The notes beneath the pieces are model-generated. The model worked only from the letters and a program-made list of their open reading frames with translations, ran no database searches and was not told where the DNA came from. From NCBI GenBank assembly GCA_963831935.1, contig CAWHSH010000001.1, positions 128,389-192,388 of the forward strand: 64,000 bases of DNA. Reading direction: 5' to 3'. Positions 61,532 through 64,000 of the stretch are shown in pieces. The DNA is from an uncultured Bacteroidales bacterium (GTDB lineage Bacteria; Bacteroidota; Bacteroidia; Bacteroidales; VadinHA17). Position 1 is the first letter of the stretch. The number at the start of each line of letters is the position of its first letter. The position numbers were made by a program, and so were the translations under genes.

Positions 61532-63072
61532 TCAATTTGAGGTGCTTACGTTTCCGGTTTTGCCGTCAAATTCGCACACTACCCTGAATCCTACATTAAA
61601 GCAGTCGGAATACCACCAGATGCTTTTTGGCATCTGCGGATCGGTCCGAAGCCATGCTTCTGTTCTTGTATAATCACGCGCGGCACTTCTCAAAGCTCAG
61701 GCCGGACTCTGGAATGTACCGCCGCGGATGACATGTTCCTCACCGCTTTCGGGACCCTTGGGATCTTTAACAACACCTGCAGGGATATTGTGAATAGGCG
61801 TCAGGCTGGTACCAGTCAGCACAGAATTCGGCTACATTTCCTGCCATATTTTTCAGTCCGAACGGATTTGGTTTTACGAAATCGGGTGTCTGGGTTTTCG
61901 ACGGACTGTTTTCCTTATATACTATATATCTGTTAATTAGAGTTGTATCATTCTTGCCAAGTTTTGCCCTGAGCCCCGTCTTTTCATATTTCTTCAGATC
62001 TCCATCGAAGAAAAACGGACCTTGTGTTCCGGCTCTGCACGCATATTCCCATTCAGCCTCCGTCGGCAGACGGTAGGTTTTACCCGTGACAAGTGAGAGC
62101 CATTTGCAGTAGGTCTCTGCTGCATGATACGTAAAAGATATTGCCGGACGCTGTCCCATTCCCCATCCCTGGTCAGGTTGTCCATATGGAGGAGTGGCAC
62201 CGGATATTGCATCGACATTCTGAGATGCCTTAAGACCGCTTCTCAAACCTTCAGTATCAGATGAACGGCCTTCAGCGGATGTCTGAACATAAAATGCAAG
62301 GTATTCATCCCATGTGACTTCAACCTCTGCCATGAAGAACGGACTTATCTCAACTTCCCTTACAGGTCCTTCATCTGCTTTCCTGAAAGGCTCATCTTCG
62401 GGACTGCCCATCTGGAATTTTCCTCCGGAGATGGCAACCATGTTAAAGGTAACTGAGGATTTTGGTATTTTTTCGGTATAGTTCTTAAATTCGGTAACGG
62501 TCGCAGGTTCTGTAAATATCTCTTTAGGTGCTGACGAGACGGCCCCGAAAGTTGTATTGCTTCCATGGGTATAGCCTTCAATATAGTGGCCAGCATTCAG
62601 ATGACAGTTTATGCAATTCAGGTCAGGAGTCTTTTTCTGCTGGGTATAATAAAGATGTGCATTCTCCCCGTCCTTTGGTAAGTTTCGCAGGGAAAAGGTT
62701 TTCATGACATTTAATACAGGTGCTTTCATACGTGTATCCACGGGCTAGTTCAAGTCTGCCGCGTTCAACCCAGTCGAATGAGGCTGAATCCTTGGTCCAG
62801 TAACTCCACAGATCGCGCAACCCTGTTTTCCCTTTTGCCCACAGGTATCCATGTCCCTTTGGAGGAAGATGGCACTCCACGCAGGCAACTCTGTATCCTG
62901 ACTGGGTTTCATAATGTACAGATCTTTTCCAGTCTGCATCCGCCATCGGGTGAATATGGCAAGACATGCAATATTCATTTGTTGAGGTTTTATTCGATTG
63001 CCCTGCCGGCACTGAGAATAATGAGCACACCGATGATCAGTCCGGGAGTGAACCAAATAAGAACTTCTTCAT
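61532..63072 (-). pseudogene. Fusion of a NapC/NirT-type tetraheme cytochrome to an FGE-sulfatase (SUMF1/EgtB/PvdO-family) domain; at least four frameshifts plus one in-frame TGA
   Basis: My frame tracking gives MKKFLFGSLPG|LIIGVLIILSAG|QSNKTSTNEYCMSCH...CVECH...CIKCH|...CINCH..., then the FGE domain (MGSPEDEPFRKADEGPVREVEISPFFMAEVEVT, RLPTEAEWEYACRAG, NPFGLKNMAGNVAEFCADWY), then |AGVVKDPKGPESGEEHVIRGGTFQSPA*ALRSAARDYTRTEAWLRTDPQMPKSIWWYSDCFNVGFRVV. The in-frame TGA is at 61697-61699. Confidence 0.7.
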
Positions 63073-63223
63073 AATTCAAAAAAATGTGTAGCAACAAGGT
63101 AAAAAATTATCTTAAACGTCAGAGCGGCTTAAATAATTTACCTTTAAAAATTTAGTTTTTTTAACTTAATCGGTCCTGTTTTTAAAAAGTTACCAAAGTA
63201 AAAGACGTCAAAAAAAGGAAATG

Positions 63224-63550
63224 CGGCCTCACCCTCTCCTGTTACCTGCTCTCCCGGAGAGAGCGGGTGATGACAGTTCAAATTTGTAAATGGCCATTAT
63301 TTTGCTGGTGTTGTGTCGGCCTCACCCCCTCCTATCCCCCGCTCCCGGAGTGAGCGGGGGATGAGTGTCAAATTTGTAAATGACCATTATTTTGATGATG
63401 TGGTGTCGACCTCACCCCCTCCTGTTTCCTGCTCCCGGAGTGAGCAAGGGATGACAGCTCAATTTTGTAAATGACTATTATTTTGATGATGTGGTGTCGG
63501 CCTCACCCCCTCCTGTCCCCCGCTCCTGGAGTGAGCGGGGGATGATAGTT
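63224..63550 (-). repeat. Tandem array (~3.5 units of 90-93 bp) of inverted family R1 hairpin repeats
   Basis: Units start at 63224, 63317, 63407 and 63498. Each unit is CGGCCTCACCCCCTCCTNTCCCCCGCTCCCGGAGTGAGCGGGGGATGA followed by a conserved ...TCAAATTTGTAAATGACCATTATTTTGATGATGTGGTGT. Confidence 0.85.
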
Positions 63551-63570
63551 CTTTTATCTTGATACGAATT

Positions 63571-63938
63571 TTAGATAAGTACTACTTCACAATTATTTAG
63601 TACCTCTTCATTCTTGAATCTAATAACAGATATCCCGAATCTTTCAAGTTCACCAGTTCTGCTATCGTCATATTCAAGTGATTTATCCCTTGAATGATAT
63701 TCACCATCAATTTCGATTACCAGCTTTTATCTTGTGACAATAAAAATCAGCAATAAAAATATCAATCGGATGTTGCCTCCGAAAAACGAATCCTTCTGAG
63801 CGAAATTTCCTTAAATGTTTCCACAGAATACTTTCAGATTCAGTCTGGATTATTTCTGTGACTTATGGCACGTCTGAATAAATCAGGCTTTGCACCAAAG
63901 TGCATATCCTTAATTCTTGCTTTACCTAAATATACCAT
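63571..63938 (-). pseudogene. DUF559 (Vsr/PD-(D/E)XK-like endonuclease-fold) protein; two frameshifts
   Basis: My translation gives MVYLGKARIKDMHFGAKPDLFRRAISHRNNP | TESESILWKHLRKFRSEGFVFRRQHPIDIFIADFYCHK | KLVIEIDGEYHSRDKSLEYDDSRTGELERFGISVIRFKNEEVLNNCEVVLI*. The FRRQHPI...ADFYC...LVIEIDG..H blocks are the DUF559 signature. Confidence 0.7.
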
Positions 63939-63960
63939 ATGCCTTCTCTTTTACTTTTGT

Positions 63961-64000
63961 AAGCCCCTCTCACTCCGGGAGAGGGGTTTGGGGTGAGGCC
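63961..64000 (+). repeat. Family R1 hairpin repeat, forward orientation, at the window edge
   Basis: AAGCCCCTCTCACTCCGGGAGAGGGGTTTGGGGTGAGGCC. It is inverted relative to the unit at 63498-63545 on the other side of the DUF559 remnant. Confidence 0.8.

Noticed and set aside
61697-61699. The in-frame TGA within the FGE-sulfatase domain (…GGTFQSPA*ALRSAARD…) could be a selenocysteine codon.
   Set aside because: The position is not a known catalytic Cys/Sec site of this fold. No SECIS-like hairpin is evident immediately downstream. The same gene carries at least four frameshifts, so a nonsense mutation or error is far more likely.
46606-63072. Programmed ribosomal frameshifting or transcriptional slippage was considered as an explanation for the split genes.
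   Set aside because: There are too many breaks per gene (up to six or more). No shared slippery heptamer or stimulatory structure is seen at the sites I inspected, and the breaks go in both +1 and -1 directions.
63224-63550. Regularly spaced ~48-bp GC-rich palindromic repeats separated by ~42-bp AT-rich segments looked like a small CRISPR array.
   Set aside because: The 'spacers' are themselves conserved between units (…TCAAATTTGTAAATGACCATTATTTTGATGATGTGGTGT). The whole 90-93-bp unit is therefore tandemly repeated. No cas genes or leader are present, and the repeat core belongs to the dispersed R1 family.
1-64000. I searched for tRNA, rRNA and tmRNA genes, and for integrase, transposase and phage genes that would mark a mobile island.
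   Set aside because: I found no T-loop/GTTCGAATC-type tRNA signatures, no rRNA-like stretches, and no recombinase or transposase motifs in any listed ORF or in my manual translations. The only mobile-element-like signal is the DUF559/repeat locus reported above.

Overview
This window looks like a Bacteroidota chromosomal segment. It has SusC/SusD pairs, many lipoprotein and Tat signals, TAnnTTTG-type promoter boxes and no Shine-Dalgarno dependence. I found no tRNA, rRNA, CRISPR array, integrase or transposase.

Gene content from left to right:
- 1-6.1 kb: a cluster of exported enzymes. These are an RpiB-like protein, an RraA-like protein, an esterase, and a GMC flavoprotein dehydrogenase with its small Tat subunit and a nonaheme c-type cytochrome.
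- 6.2-8.0 kb: a LytS/LytTR-type two-component pair.
- 8.2-21.7 kb: carbohydrate and housekeeping genes, including a beta-lactamase-fold hydrolase, GH2, an Ldh_2 oxidoreductase, a long NagB-like deaminase, DUF1846 and a FISUMP lipoprotein.
- 23.5-34.2 kb: a co-directional block with GH15, otsB, a sensor-fused otsA, an orphan receiver, a CHASE3-like hybrid kinase, a sigma-54 activator and a coiled-coil membrane protein.
- 34.2-35.2 kb: a gene-poor gap containing two paralogous structured-RNA-like units.
- 36.0-40.0 kb: a glpD-glpK-glpF operon.
- 41.1-46.3 kb: a lactonase, a BNR sialidase-like protein, a TIM-barrel isomerase and a Gfo/Idh/MocA oxidoreductase. The last two carry Tat signals.
- 46.6-50.0 kb: two badly broken genes, a TolB-like CxxCH beta-propeller and a DUF6057-like membrane protein.
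- 50.2-61.0 kb: two tandem SusC/SusD pairs, the distal one decayed.
- 61.5-63.1 kb: a broken fusion of a NapC/NirT-type tetraheme cytochrome to an FGE-sulfatase domain.
- 63.2-64.0 kb: a DUF559 nuclease remnant bracketed by inverted GC-rich hairpin repeats.

Two features run across the whole window. First, there are about 35 reading-frame breaks, and they sit in about 15 genes while about 30 kb of other coding sequence is intact. Second, at least four families of short hairpin-forming intergenic repeats are present.

All functional calls come from motif-level reading of the supplied translations and my own manual translations. No database search was run.
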